Source of the DNA: Planctomycetota bacterium
GTDB lineage: Bacteria > Planctomycetota > SZUA-567 > H5-PLA8
DNA: 45,395 nt
Assembly (NCBI GenBank): GCA_038227875.1
Contig: JBBRPR010000063.1
Coordinates: forward strand, 1-45,395
Reading direction: 5' to 3'
Shown: positions 8,874 to 18,047 of the stretch, piece after piece
Position numbering within the stretch: the first letter of the stretch is position 1
Layout: every line of letters begins with the position of its first letter
The notes under the pieces: model-generated
Told to the model about the DNA's origin: nothing
The model's database searches: none
Seen by the model: the letters and a program-made list of their open reading frames with translations, nothing else
Translations under genes and position numbers: made by a program

Positions 8874-9943
8874 TCACCCGCGCGCGCACCGCTCTCGTCA
8901 TCTCGTTACTGGCGCTCATGCTCGCGCGTGCGCCGCTCTGCGCGGAACTTTCGTTCGAAGACGAAGCCGCCATCGTCAAAAAGCTGAAGAACCCCGAGCC
9001 CCGCGACCTCGCGCTGGATAAGGGTGCCGCCTACCTCTATACGCAGCAACGCCAGGACGGCAGCTTCAGCGAGAAGTATCCGACGGCGATGACAGGCTTG
9101 GCGATCATGGCGCTGATGGCCGTCGGCCAGACGCCGGACGACCCGACGCACGGTCCGGCGATTCGGCGCGGTCTGAATTACGTCCTCTCCCAAATGCGCG
9201 ACGACGGGTACCTCGGCCAGAACGACAATTCACGCATGTATGGCCACGGCATCTGCACGCTGATGCTGACCGAAGCCGCCGGGATGACGCGCGACGAGAT
9301 CCTCGAACGCCGCTTGATTGAAGCCTGCAAACGCGGCGTGAAAATTATTCTCGCCGCGCAAGCCATTCAGAAAGCCGGCGACCAGCAGGGCGGCTGGCGC
9401 TACGAACCGACCAGCACCGATAGCGACCTGTCGCTCACCGGCTGGCAGACGATGGCGCTGCGTTCGGCCAAAAATATCGGCGTCACCGTGCCGGCCGCGT
9501 CGATCCAGGCCGCCGTCAACTACATCCGCCAGCACGCCGGAGCCGACGGTGGCTTCGACTACCAGGGCAAAACCGACAACCCCACCCTGCGCGGTATCGG
9601 CATGCTCGCGCTGCCCGTTTGCGGCGTCTACGACGCGCCGGAGCTGGCCAAGAGCACCGCAAAAATGTTCGCCGATCCGCCGAAATGGCAGGGGCCGTGG
9701 TTCTATTACCGCACGTACTACGCGTCGGTCGGCATGTATCAAATGGGCGACGAGGCGTGGAACCGCTTCTTCCCGCTGGTCGACGACGCGCTGCTTCCGC
9801 ACCAGAGCCCTGACGGCAGCTGGCCCGAACCGCCCGGCAACAACGAACTCTCCAACTACGCCGGGACGCCAGTCTACTCCACGTCGCTATCGATGCTCGC
9901 GCTGGCCGTGCACAGCCATCTGCTGCCGATCTATCAGCGCTGA
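8870..9943 (+). CDS. Prenyltransferase/squalene-oxidase-repeat (terpene cyclase-like alpha-barrel) exported protein
   Basis: QW-like repeats 'YLYTQQRQDGSF', 'AQ...GGWRY', 'HQSPDGSW'. Motifs 'MYGHGICTLML' and 'DSDLSLTGWQTMALRSA'. Signal-peptide-like N-terminus. ATGA overlap with the upstream stop. Confidence 0.88.
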   Translation: MITRARTALVISLLALMLARAPLCAELSFEDEAAIVKKLKNPEPRDLALDKGAAYLYTQQRQDGSFSEKYPTAMTGLAIMALMAVGQTPDDPTHGPAIRRGLNYVLSQMRDDGYLGQNDNSRMYGHGICTLMLTEAAGMTRDEILERRLIEACKRGVKIILAAQAIQKAGDQQGGWRYEPTSTDSDLSLTGWQTMALRSAKNIGVTVPAASIQAAVNYIRQHAGADGGFDYQGKTDNPTLRGIGMLALPVCGVYDAPELAKSTAKMFADPPKWQGPWFYYRTYYASVGMYQMGDEAWNRFFPLVDDALLPHQSPDGSWPEPPGNNELSNYAGTPVYSTSLSMLALAVHSHLLPIYQR

Positions 9944-10015
9944 AAATAATTTTAGATTCCTGTCGTCAATTCTGCTTCAATGCCAGACTCTATGTTGGTA
10001 TTTGGAGCAATTTGA

Positions 10016-11659
10016 GTGAACGAGCGTGACGACACCGAACTGCTGCGCCTGTACATTCAGCGCGAAGCCGCGACCGAAGAAGCGTTCGCCGCTATCGTCG
10101 CGCGCCACGGGCAGATGGTCTTCAACACCTGTCTGCGAATCCTGGGCAACGCCGCGCAAGCCGAAGACGCCGCGCAGGCTACGTTCATGGTGCTGGCGCG
10201 ACGCGCCAACGCCATCAGCGGAGCTCTCGCGCCGTTTCTGCACGGCGTCGCCGTCAACGCCGCGCGCTCGCTGCGCGATGCCGAACGTCTGCGCCGATCG
10301 CGCGAACAGGACGCGAGCCGGCAGCGCGCCGCGATCGCGAATCCATCCATGCCCGCCGAACCGAATTCCGCTTTAGATGAGGCCGTGCAAAGCCTGCCGC
10401 GCATGCAGAAATCGGCGCTGATCCTGCATTACGTGGAAGGGCTGAGCCAGGAAGACGCCGCGAAATCACTGGGCGTCTCGCGCACCACGATCGAAACGCA
10501 TCTCAATCGTGGCCTCGAAAAGCTGCGGCGCACACTCTCCCGCGACCGCGTTCAGTTCTCCACGGCGGCGGTACTGGCCCTGCTGGCCGCGCCGCAGGCC
10601 GCGTGTCCTGCGAATTTATCGGCGGCGCTGCGCGGATTGCGCGGCAGTCCGTCGCATCCACTTACGGCGTCCACCGCTAAAACCCTTGCAGATGGAGTGA
10701 TCCGAAACATGATCTGGGCCCAAATCAAAACAGTCTCCATAACCGCTGCCGTGATTCTCCTGATGCTCGGCGGCGCGATCCGCTTCGCGGTCGGCGGCGA
10801 GAACACTCCGCCTCCATCTGCCCCGCCCATGCCGCACGTCGGTCCGGTGGGCATCGATGAAGCGACTAAGTGGGGCGACGCAGTGAACGGCCTGCGCGCC
10901 GGCATTCATCTGGCGCAGGAAGGCCCGGTCATTCGCGCCAGCGTGTACATCAAAAACGAAACCGATAAGGCCATCACGTTCCTTCCACTCCAAGCCGGCC
11001 GCGGCTGGAAAGTCGCCGCCAGCGACGGCACTGCCGCACAAGCCAACCCGCGAATCGGCGCTGCCGACGAAGATGAAAACCTTGAGCCGATGGATGCCGG
11101 AATTTTTCGCGACGCCGTCTCCATTCCATCGCACGACATGTTGACCGTCTCGAAATTGTCTTACGTCGCATCCTTCTTCAATCTGCAGCCCGCGCCCAAA
11201 TTCACCATCTCCTACGCGTACGAGCTGAGCCTTGATCTCTGGGGATCCAACCGCGAAGCCTCGCCGGCGATGATCCAGAAAAGTTTTGATGACATGAAAG
11301 CGCGCGGAACGTTTGTCGGCAAGCTCGCCGCGCCGTCGGTGGAGTTCGAACTTCCCAGGATGCCCGACGGCAGTCTCGACCAAACTCGCGCGCAGGCGGC
11401 AGCTCAAGCGGCGGCCGAGCGTGCGCTGAGCGGGTACTTTCTCAAAAGCAAAACGCGTTTCGAAAAATCCACACCGCCCGGCAAGGACGGCGATTGGATC
11501 GCCGGTTCGAAAGCACAACCAATCGTCAGCGCGCAAGCCGACGGCTGGACGTTTGAATGGAACTACGTGCCGAAAGCTCCCGGCATGGGCTTCCATGCTG
11601 AAGTGAAAGTCGAACCGCTCGGCAAGACCGTCGTGCGGCGGGTGTGGTGCACGAACTGA
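10016..11659 (+). CDS. ECF sigma-70 factor with TM helix and C-terminal extracytoplasmic extension (planctomycete ECF57-like)
   Basis: Sigma2 'AFAAIVARHGQMVFNTCLRILGN...AEDAAQATFMVL' and sigma4 'LILHYVEGLSQEDAAKSLGVSRTTIETHLNRGLEKLR'. Hydrophobic 'ITAAVILLMLGGAI' followed by 'WGDAVNGLRAGI'. GGAG RBS before the GTG. Confidence 0.9.
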   Translation: MNERDDTELLRLYIQREAATEEAFAAIVARHGQMVFNTCLRILGNAAQAEDAAQATFMVLARRANAISGALAPFLHGVAVNAARSLRDAERLRRSREQDASRQRAAIANPSMPAEPNSALDEAVQSLPRMQKSALILHYVEGLSQEDAAKSLGVSRTTIETHLNRGLEKLRRTLSRDRVQFSTAAVLALLAAPQAACPANLSAALRGLRGSPSHPLTASTAKTLADGVIRNMIWAQIKTVSITAAVILLMLGGAIRFAVGGENTPPPSAPPMPHVGPVGIDEATKWGDAVNGLRAGIHLAQEGPVIRASVYIKNETDKAITFLPLQAGRGWKVAASDGTAAQANPRIGAADEDENLEPMDAGIFRDAVSIPSHDMLTVSKLSYVASFFNLQPAPKFTISYAYELSLDLWGSNREASPAMIQKSFDDMKARGTFVGKLAAPSVEFELPRMPDGSLDQTRAQAAAQAAAERALSGYFLKSKTRFEKSTPPGKDGDWIAGSKAQPIVSAQADGWTFEWNYVPKAPGMGFHAEVKVEPLGKTVVRRVWCTN

Positions 11660-11660
11660 G

Positions 11661-12113
11661 TTACGAAACCGCGACTTTCATCACGACTTTCCGCACCGTC
11701 TCGGGCTGCCCGATCGCCATGCTCGGCATGTGAGCGTCGTGCGGATAGAAAATCGCGAACATGCCCGGCGTAAATTCCAGGTATTGCCCAGCGCCGTCGA
11801 GCAGCATGAAATCCTTCTCCGCATCGTATTCCTGCGTCACGCGCATCGCCGGCGTGTACGCGGTGCCCATCTGCTCGCGGCCGGAAACAATGTATTGAAT
11901 GTCGATGTACTTCCGGTGCGCCTCCCAGACGCTGGTTCCCATCGGCTTGGTCTCGTATTCTTGCGGCAGCGCGAAAAGGTTTTTCCCGTCGAGTTCGAAC
12001 TTCTCCAGCGCGACGCGCGAAAAGTCGGTCTGCTTCAGATACGCAAACGCCTCCTGAAAGCGTTTTCCGAGGCAGTTGTAAAGCGCCGCGTTCTCAAGCC
12101 GGTCGACGATCAT
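11661..12113 (-). CDS. YhcH/YjgK/YiaL (DUF386, NanQ-like) family protein
   Basis: 'MIVDRLEN', 'WEAHRKYIDIQYIVSGRE', 'FAIFYPHDAHMP', 'VRKVVMKV'. Start placed at ATG 12113. Confidence 0.9.
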   Translation of the reverse strand: MIVDRLENAALYNCLGKRFQEAFAYLKQTDFSRVALEKFELDGKNLFALPQEYETKPMGTSVWEAHRKYIDIQYIVSGREQMGTAYTPAMRVTQEYDAEKDFMLLDGAGQYLEFTPGMFAIFYPHDAHMPSMAIGQPETVRKVVMKVAVS

Positions 12114-12288
12114 GATTTTTCGCTCCGCAGAACTACATTCAATGAATTGAAGCGCTGATTTACCACGATTCCTCTTCCGCGCCTCCAAAAATAGCATGGC
12201 CGCAAATTGGCAGAATGGCTAGTATCCGCGTTGTATTCGCAAGTGTTGCTTTCTAACCAGCGGGCAAATTTGCCCGGAGGTCCTCCCC

Positions 12289-13389
12289 GTGAACATCCGC
12301 ACCGTCTTAATGACGATTTCCCTGGCGCTCAGCATCGTGATCGGCCTGGCGCTTTCGCGCCAGAATGCCGGAAACGCCGGCGCGTCCGGAAGCAACCCTG
12401 CCGACGGCGCGAAACTCGTCGTCGGCCTCTCGCTCGATACCCTGAAGGAAGAACGCTGGCAGGGCGATCGCGACCGTTTCGTCGCCGAATGCAACAAGCT
12501 CGGCGTCGATGTCAAAGTTGAGGACGCCAACAGCGACGACTCCGCGCAGAACAAACAAGTCGAAGCGCTGATCAGCCTCGGCGTGAACGTCATCGTGATC
12601 GTGCCGCACGACGGCACCGCAATGGCGCAGGCCGTCGAAAAAGCGAACAAGGCCGGCATTCCTGTCATCGCCTACGACCGTCTGATCAAGAATTGCGATC
12701 TCGATCTATATTTAAGCTTCGACAACGTGCGCGTCGGCGAACTCCAGGCGCGCTACCTGCTCGACCATCTCCCGACGCCGAACAAGGGCCGCATCGTCCG
12801 CATCTACGGCGCACCGACGGACAACAACGCGAAGCTGTTCAAGGAAGGTCAGGACAACATCCTCAAGCCGCTGATCGATAAGGGCGACATCACCGTCGTT
12901 CACGAAGACTGGGCCGAAAACTGGAAGCCGGAGAACGGCAAGAAAATCACCAACGCCGCGATCACCGCGCTGAACGGAAAGTTCGACGGCATTCTCGCCT
13001 CCAACGACGGCACCGCCGGCGGCGCGGTCCAGTCGCTGATCGAAGCGGGACTCGGCGGCAAAATTCTCGTCACCGGACAGGATGCCGAGCTCGCCGCGTG
13101 TCAGCGCATTGTGGCCGGTACGCAGACGATGACGATCTACAAGCCGCTCAAAACCCTCGCCGCGGGCGCCGCCGAAGCCGCCGTGACGCTCGCGAAGCAT
13201 CGGCCGCTGATCGCACGGCAGTCGGTCAACAACGGCAGGAAGGATAAGGGGGACGTCCCCGCGATCCTTTTCGACGTCATCGCCGTCGACCGCGACAATA
13301 TGTGCAAGACCGTGATCAGCGACGGCTTTCAAAAGCGTGACGATGTCTACAGCGGCATCCCTGAAGACAAGCGCCCCAAGTGTCCGTGA
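12289..13389 (+). CDS. xylF: Sugar (D-xylose-type) ABC transporter substrate-binding protein
   Basis: 'LSLDTLKEERWQGDRDRF', 'VIAYDRLI', 'SFDNVRVGELQA', 'GAPTDNNAKLF', 'ASNDGTAGG', 'VTGQDAELAA', 'QTMTIYKP'. Confidence 0.85.
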   Translation: MNIRTVLMTISLALSIVIGLALSRQNAGNAGASGSNPADGAKLVVGLSLDTLKEERWQGDRDRFVAECNKLGVDVKVEDANSDDSAQNKQVEALISLGVNVIVIVPHDGTAMAQAVEKANKAGIPVIAYDRLIKNCDLDLYLSFDNVRVGELQARYLLDHLPTPNKGRIVRIYGAPTDNNAKLFKEGQDNILKPLIDKGDITVVHEDWAENWKPENGKKITNAAITALNGKFDGILASNDGTAGGAVQSLIEAGLGGKILVTGQDAELAACQRIVAGTQTMTIYKPLKTLAAGAAEAAVTLAKHRPLIARQSVNNGRKDKGDVPAILFDVIAVDRDNMCKTVISDGFQKRDDVYSGIPEDKRPKCP

Positions 13390-13424
13390 ACGTGCGGTAG
13401 AGATTTCTCAAACTCGGTGCGCCT

Positions 13425-14930
13425 ATGCCCGCCATCCTCGAAGCCGAAAAGATCGTGAAGCGTTTCACCGGCGTCGTCGCGCTTAAAAGCGTCAGCTTCG
13501 ATCTCCAACCCGGCGAGATCCACGCGCTCGTCGGCGAAAACGGCGCGGGAAAATCGACGCTGATCAAAGTGCTCTCCGGCATCCACCCGGCCGGAAGTTT
13601 CGAAGGCGCGCTGCGCGTCGATGGCCGCGTAGCCGACCTGAAAAAAATCTCCGACGCCGAAGCCGCCGGGATCTCCGTGATCTACCAGGAACTCGCGCTC
13701 GTCGGCGAGATGACCGTCGCCGAAAATATTTTTCTCGGCCACGAACCCGTTCGCGGTGGACTGGTCGACTGGCTGAAAATGGACCGCGACGCGCGCGAAC
13801 TGCTGCTGCGCTTCAATTTAAAGCTCAACCCCGAGACACTGATCAAGGATCTCGGCGTCGGCCATCAACAGCTCGTCGAAATCGTCAAAGCGCTCGCGAG
13901 AAAATCGCGCATCCTCATCCTCGACGAACCGACCGCCGCACTCTCCGGGCCGGAAGTCGAAGTGCTGCTCAACATCCTCCGCGATCTGCGCAAACAAGGC
14001 TTAAGCATCATCTATATCTCGCACAAGCTGGAGGAGGTCTTCGGCATCGCCGACCGCATCACCGTGCTGCGCGATGGCGAAAGCATAGTCACCGCGCGCG
14101 CCAGCGAGACCGACCGCGCCACGATCATCCGCCAGATGGTCGGTCGCGAGATCACCGATTTCTACCCGCGCCGCCACGCCACGCCTGGCGAAGCGCTGCT
14201 CTCCGTTCAAAATCTCACCGTCGCCGACGCCAAATCCGGCAAGGCGATGCTCCACGACATTTCGTTCACCGTAAACGCCGGAGAAGTCCTCGGCATCGGC
14301 GGCCTGATGGGCGCCGGGCGCAGCGAGTTGCTCATGCATTTATTTGGCGCCTGGGGAAAGCGTCTCGCCGGTTCGGTGACGCTCGGCGGCGCGCCGTTCG
14401 ATCACCCCACACCGGCGGAAGCGATTCAACGCGGCCTGGCGCTGGTCAGCGAAGACCGCAAGCGCTACGGACTGGTCTTGAGCCACAGCATCGGCTTCAA
14501 TCTATCGCTCTCGTCGCTCAAACGTTTCGCCACCGGCGGATTCATCGACCAGCAGGCAGAGCTGAAGAAGAACAATGAATTTTTCGCCTCGCTACGCATC
14601 AAGGCGCCGAATCTGGAAACGCGCGTCGGCGGCCTCTCCGGCGGCAATCAGCAAAAGGTAGTGCTCGGCAAAGCGCTGATGAGCGAACCGCAGGTCGTCT
14701 TCCTCGACGAACCGACTCGCGGCATCGACGTCGGCGCGAAATTGGAAGTTTACGAACTGGTCAATCAGCTGATCTCCGCGGGCAAGGCGGTGGTGATTGT
14801 CTCCAGCGAACTGCCGGAACTGATGGGTATGAGCGACCGGATCGTGATGCTCTCGCGCGGCCGGTTGAGCCGCCCGATTCTGCGCGCCGAAGCGACTCCG
14901 GAATTACTGATGCAGAATGCCATGGCCTGA
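13425..14930 (+). CDS. xylG: Sugar ABC transporter ATP-binding protein (two ABC domains)
   Basis: Walker A 'GENGAGKST', 'ILDEPT', 'LSGGNQQKVVL', 'FLDEPTRGIDVGAK'. Confidence 0.85.
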   Translation: MPAILEAEKIVKRFTGVVALKSVSFDLQPGEIHALVGENGAGKSTLIKVLSGIHPAGSFEGALRVDGRVADLKKISDAEAAGISVIYQELALVGEMTVAENIFLGHEPVRGGLVDWLKMDRDARELLLRFNLKLNPETLIKDLGVGHQQLVEIVKALARKSRILILDEPTAALSGPEVEVLLNILRDLRKQGLSIIYISHKLEEVFGIADRITVLRDGESIVTARASETDRATIIRQMVGREITDFYPRRHATPGEALLSVQNLTVADAKSGKAMLHDISFTVNAGEVLGIGGLMGAGRSELLMHLFGAWGKRLAGSVTLGGAPFDHPTPAEAIQRGLALVSEDRKRYGLVLSHSIGFNLSLSSLKRFATGGFIDQQAELKKNNEFFASLRIKAPNLETRVGGLSGGNQQKVVLGKALMSEPQVVFLDEPTRGIDVGAKLEVYELVNQLISAGKAVVIVSSELPELMGMSDRIVMLSRGRLSRPILRAEATPELLMQNAMA

Positions 14931-14943
14931 ACAGGAATCTTTG

Positions 14944-16071
14944 ATGAACTCAAAATTCTCGATCCGTGATTTCTCGAATATCTTCGCGCTGCTGGCGATC
15001 TGGATTTTCTTCGGCGTCGTCTCGCCGACGTTTGTCTCGCCGCGCAATCTCTCCAATCTCTCCGTCGAGCTGGCGATCACCGCCGTGCTGGCACTGGGCA
15101 TGTTCCTGATCATTCTCACCGGCGAAATCGATCTCGCGGCCGGCAGTGGTGTGGGACTCTTCGGCGGCGTTGCGGCGGTGCTGGCGTGCAATCACCACTG
15201 GCCCGCGCCCGCGGCGCTACTGGTGACGTTGATTGTCGCCGTCACAATCTGGGGCCTGATGGGTACGCTGATCGTCAAGGAAGCGCTGCCGTCGTTTATC
15301 ATCACGCTCGCCGGCATGCTGATTTTCAAAGGCCTGCACTGGAAAATCATCGACTACAAAACCGTGCCGATCGCGCCCAGCAGCGAGCCGACGATGTTCA
15401 CGCTGCTGACGACGTGGTTTCTGCCGCCGCTGCCCAGCCTGCTGCTCGGCGCGGCCATCGTCGCGGCCTTGGTGCTGGCTGAAATGAAAAATCGGCGCCG
15501 ACGCGCCGAAGCCGAACTCCCACTCGATCCCGCCGACATCGCCTATTCAAAATTGCTGATCGTCGCGCAGATCATTCTGCTCTTCGTCGTCGTCGCCAAC
15601 CAGTACCAGGGCATCCCCCTCCCCGCACTGATTCTCGGCTCCACGGCGTTCATCATTCACATGCTGACGCAGCACACGCCCTTCGGCCGCCACCTGTACG
15701 CCATCGGCGGCAACGCGGAAGCCGCGGCGATCTCCGGCATCCCGGTCAAGGGCACCATAATCGCCGCGTTCGCCATCGCCGGATCGATCGTGGGGCTCAC
15801 CGGTTTCATGCAGACGGCGTACAACGCCTATTCCACCAGCACCATTGGCGCCGAAATGGAACTCGACGCCGTCGCCGCCTGCGTGATCGGCGGAACCAGC
15901 CTGCGCGGCGGCCGCGGCACGATCGCCGGCGTGTTATTCGGAGCGTTGATCATGGCCAGCCTGCTCAACGGCATGACCCTGATGGCCGTCGAGCCCGCGT
16001 ACAAACTTTTCGCGCGCGGCATTGTTCTGGCGTCGGCCGTGTGGATGGACGAACGGATGAAGCGCGCGTGA
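14944..16071 (+). CDS. xylH: Sugar ABC transporter permease
   Basis: Multiple TM helices. 'GEIDLAAGS', 'TPFGRHLYAIGGNAEAAAISGI', 'ELDAVAACVIGGTSLRGGRG'. Confidence 0.85.
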   Translation: MNSKFSIRDFSNIFALLAIWIFFGVVSPTFVSPRNLSNLSVELAITAVLALGMFLIILTGEIDLAAGSGVGLFGGVAAVLACNHHWPAPAALLVTLIVAVTIWGLMGTLIVKEALPSFIITLAGMLIFKGLHWKIIDYKTVPIAPSSEPTMFTLLTTWFLPPLPSLLLGAAIVAALVLAEMKNRRRRAEAELPLDPADIAYSKLLIVAQIILLFVVVANQYQGIPLPALILGSTAFIIHMLTQHTPFGRHLYAIGGNAEAAAISGIPVKGTIIAAFAIAGSIVGLTGFMQTAYNAYSTSTIGAEMELDAVAACVIGGTSLRGGRGTIAGVLFGALIMASLLNGMTLMAVEPAYKLFARGIVLASAVWMDERMKRA

Positions 16072-16087
16072 GATGCACGCTCCGTTC

Positions 16088-16156
16088 AGGCAGTTTTGAG
16101 TTTTGAGTTGAATCCAACCGCGACAGCAACTCAAAACTCAAAACTCAAAACTACCT
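16088..16156. repeat. Intergenic inverted repeat built of TTTTGAG/CTCAAAA heptamers (likely bidirectional terminator or REP-like)
   Basis: AGGCAGTTTTGAGTTTTGAGTTG ... CAACTCAAAACTCAAAACTCAAAACTACCT between convergent xylH and the DinB-like gene. Confidence 0.8.
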
Positions 16157-16178
16157 TCAACCTGACTTCTTTTTTCAA

Positions 16179-16688
16179 TCACTTCTTCTTCGGCTGATCC
16201 ATGCCAAACCAGCAATCGGCCGTCCCCAGTTTCGGATTGCCGGCCTTGGCATACAGATATAGCTGCATGCGGTAACCGATCATGAAGCGCGCGCTGACCT
16301 GCAGCAGGGCCTGAGCGACCGTGACCGGCTTGCCCAACGGCATTTTGAATTTCTTCTTCAGATCGGCATCGGGAATCGAGCTGACGATTTTCTTGATCTC
16401 GCGGGCCTGCACGTCCATCGCCTTGGCGAACTGCGCCGGTTTCAGAGTCTCCGCTTTCTTGGCGTTCTTTTCGTACTCCTCCCACTGATTGGTCGCAAAC
16501 CCGTTCAACTTGACGATGCGCACCGCTTCCGCGCCAAAGAAGGAGATGAAGCGCATCAGTTCCAGCGTCGAGCGCTGGGCCTTCGACGGGCGGTAGTTCA
16601 ACTGGCTCTTCGAAAACTTCTTGGCGATGTGCTTGCAGACATTGCATTCCATCACCATCAACTCAATGACTTCCTGTTTGACGCTCAT
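16179..16688 (-). CDS. DinB/YfiT-like four-helix-bundle protein
   Basis: 'LNYRPSKAQRSTLELMRFI' and C-terminal 'YRMQLYLYAKAGNP'. AAGGAA RBS. Confidence 0.7.
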   Translation of the reverse strand: MSVKQEVIELMVMECNVCKHIAKKFSKSQLNYRPSKAQRSTLELMRFISFFGAEAVRIVKLNGFATNQWEEYEKNAKKAETLKPAQFAKAMDVQAREIKKIVSSIPDADLKKKFKMPLGKPVTVAQALLQVSARFMIGYRMQLYLYAKAGNPKLGTADCWFGMDQPKKK

Positions 16689-16730
16689 GAAAATTTCCTT
16701 TCGGTTTTTGAGAAGCTGGGAACTTTATCA

Positions 16731-16766
16731 AAAACAGCGGAGGCCGTCTAGTCGACGGCCTCCGCT
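16731..16766 (-). terminator. Intrinsic terminator downstream of the OmpA/MotB gene
   Basis: 13-bp perfect stem AGCGGAGGCCGTC/GACGGCCTCCGCT with a 5-nt loop, followed on the minus strand by GTTTTT. Confidence 0.8.
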
Positions 16767-16817
16767 TTGGAACACGCCCGGGATTGGCAGGCTGTGCTCG
16801 GGTCGATCTCGTTCAGC

Positions 16818-17618
16818 TTACTTGTGGGCCGGGCGCGAAGCCTGGGCCAGCGTATCCTTCTGAACCTTCACGCCTTCCGGCATGATCACGATTTCCACGC
16901 GGCGGTTGGCGGCGCGGTCGGCAGCCGTCTTCTCCGGATGGCGCACCGGCTGATGTTCGCCGTAGCCGGCCGTGTACATCTTCGACGATGCAATCCCGCC
17001 CTGCGACGAGAGGAACGCATAGACGGCCGTGGCGCGAGCCAGCGACAGTTCCATGTTATCCTTGAACTTCTCCTTGCTGTGAACGATCGGCGTGCCGTCC
17101 GTGTGACCTTCGATGCGCAGGTAGTTGCGCGGGTAGCGCGCCTTGATCGTGCTGGCAACCTTCATCAGAATCGCGTGCGAGCTCGGCTTCAGTTCAGCCT
17201 TACCCGGTTCGAAGAGCGCCGATCCAGCGACCGTTAGATGGATGCCATTAGACTCCTGGTGAATTCCACCCGGCGTGCTCGCTGACGTGTTTTGTCCCTT
17301 GGCGAACTGCGTGCCGAGGTCCTTCAAGAGTGCATCCTGCTGATCAATCTTCAAACTGAGCGCCGCAGTCTGAGCCGCCTGTTCCTGCGCAATCTTGGCG
17401 TTCTTCTCGGCCAACTGGTTGTTCTGATCGGCCAGCGCCTTGTTCTGTTCGGCGAGACCATCCTTCTCGGCTTTTTCCTGCGCGAGCAGGGATTCCTGCT
17501 GGCGGATGGTGTTGTCCTTCGCGGCGATGGCCACTTCCTTGCGGCCCGTGCAGCCCGTGCAGAGCAGCACCAGACCACCCGCGATCACAGCTTTCGGAAT
17601 CGATCCGTACCAATTCAT
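16818..17618 (-). CDS. OmpA/MotB-family (peptidoglycan-binding) lipoprotein with coiled coil
   Basis: Lipobox-like 'VLLCTGC', coiled coil, then 'LFEPGKAELK', 'IEGHTDGTP', 'NMELSLARA', 'GYGEHQP', 'NRRVEI'. GGAGG RBS before ATG 17618. Confidence 0.88.
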   Translation of the reverse strand: MNWYGSIPKAVIAGGLVLLCTGCTGRKEVAIAAKDNTIRQQESLLAQEKAEKDGLAEQNKALADQNNQLAEKNAKIAQEQAAQTAALSLKIDQQDALLKDLGTQFAKGQNTSASTPGGIHQESNGIHLTVAGSALFEPGKAELKPSSHAILMKVASTIKARYPRNYLRIEGHTDGTPIVHSKEKFKDNMELSLARATAVYAFLSSQGGIASSKMYTAGYGEHQPVRHPEKTAADRAANRRVEIVIMPEGVKVQKDTLAQASRPAHK

Positions 17619-17743
17619 AACTACTCCTCCCATCACCCGAGTCGTCTTCGCGCGCTCATTTTGAGGCGTCGAAAACGTCCCCCCCAATCCCTTGTGACCT
17701 GCGGCGCGCGGCACCCGCGCTTGACCCACCCACCACACCCCAT

Positions 17744-17810
17744 CTGCCCGTTGAAAAAGCTCCGTTCCGCCAAATTTCTTCGCGCATGTCGAAGGTTTTT
17801 CAACGGGCAG
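17744..17810. repeat. 67-bp MITE/REP-like element with perfect 15-bp terminal inverted repeats
   Basis: CTGCCCGTTGAAAAA (17744-17758) and TTTTTCAACGGGCAG (17796-17810). Confidence 0.7.
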
Positions 17811-17910
17811 CCATCCGGAGCAGAATACTCATCGGCAACTGTGACCTCCCATCTAAAGGGAGAATTGAAGGAATTTGATAATTTTGTAAGCGATTAAACG
17901 GCGGCTGTTA

Positions 17911-17995
17911 GCTCTTGGCTCCTGGCTCTTGGAAGTCCTGTCGGTCAGTCCATGCTTGTTCGACTGACCGACAGGCGCCCCAAGAGCCAGGAGCC
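17911..17995. repeat. Long hairpin element with heptamer (GGCTC(T/C)T) arms and a 14-bp inner stem
   Basis: GGCTCCTGGCTCTTGG..CCTGTCGGTCAGTC-loop-GACTGACCGACAGG..CCAAGAGCCAGGAGCC. Confidence 0.8.
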
Positions 17996-18047
17996 GCCAC
18001 TCCCCGACCGCACTGGCCATGCCTCGAAAACGCGCTAATGTAAAGCC

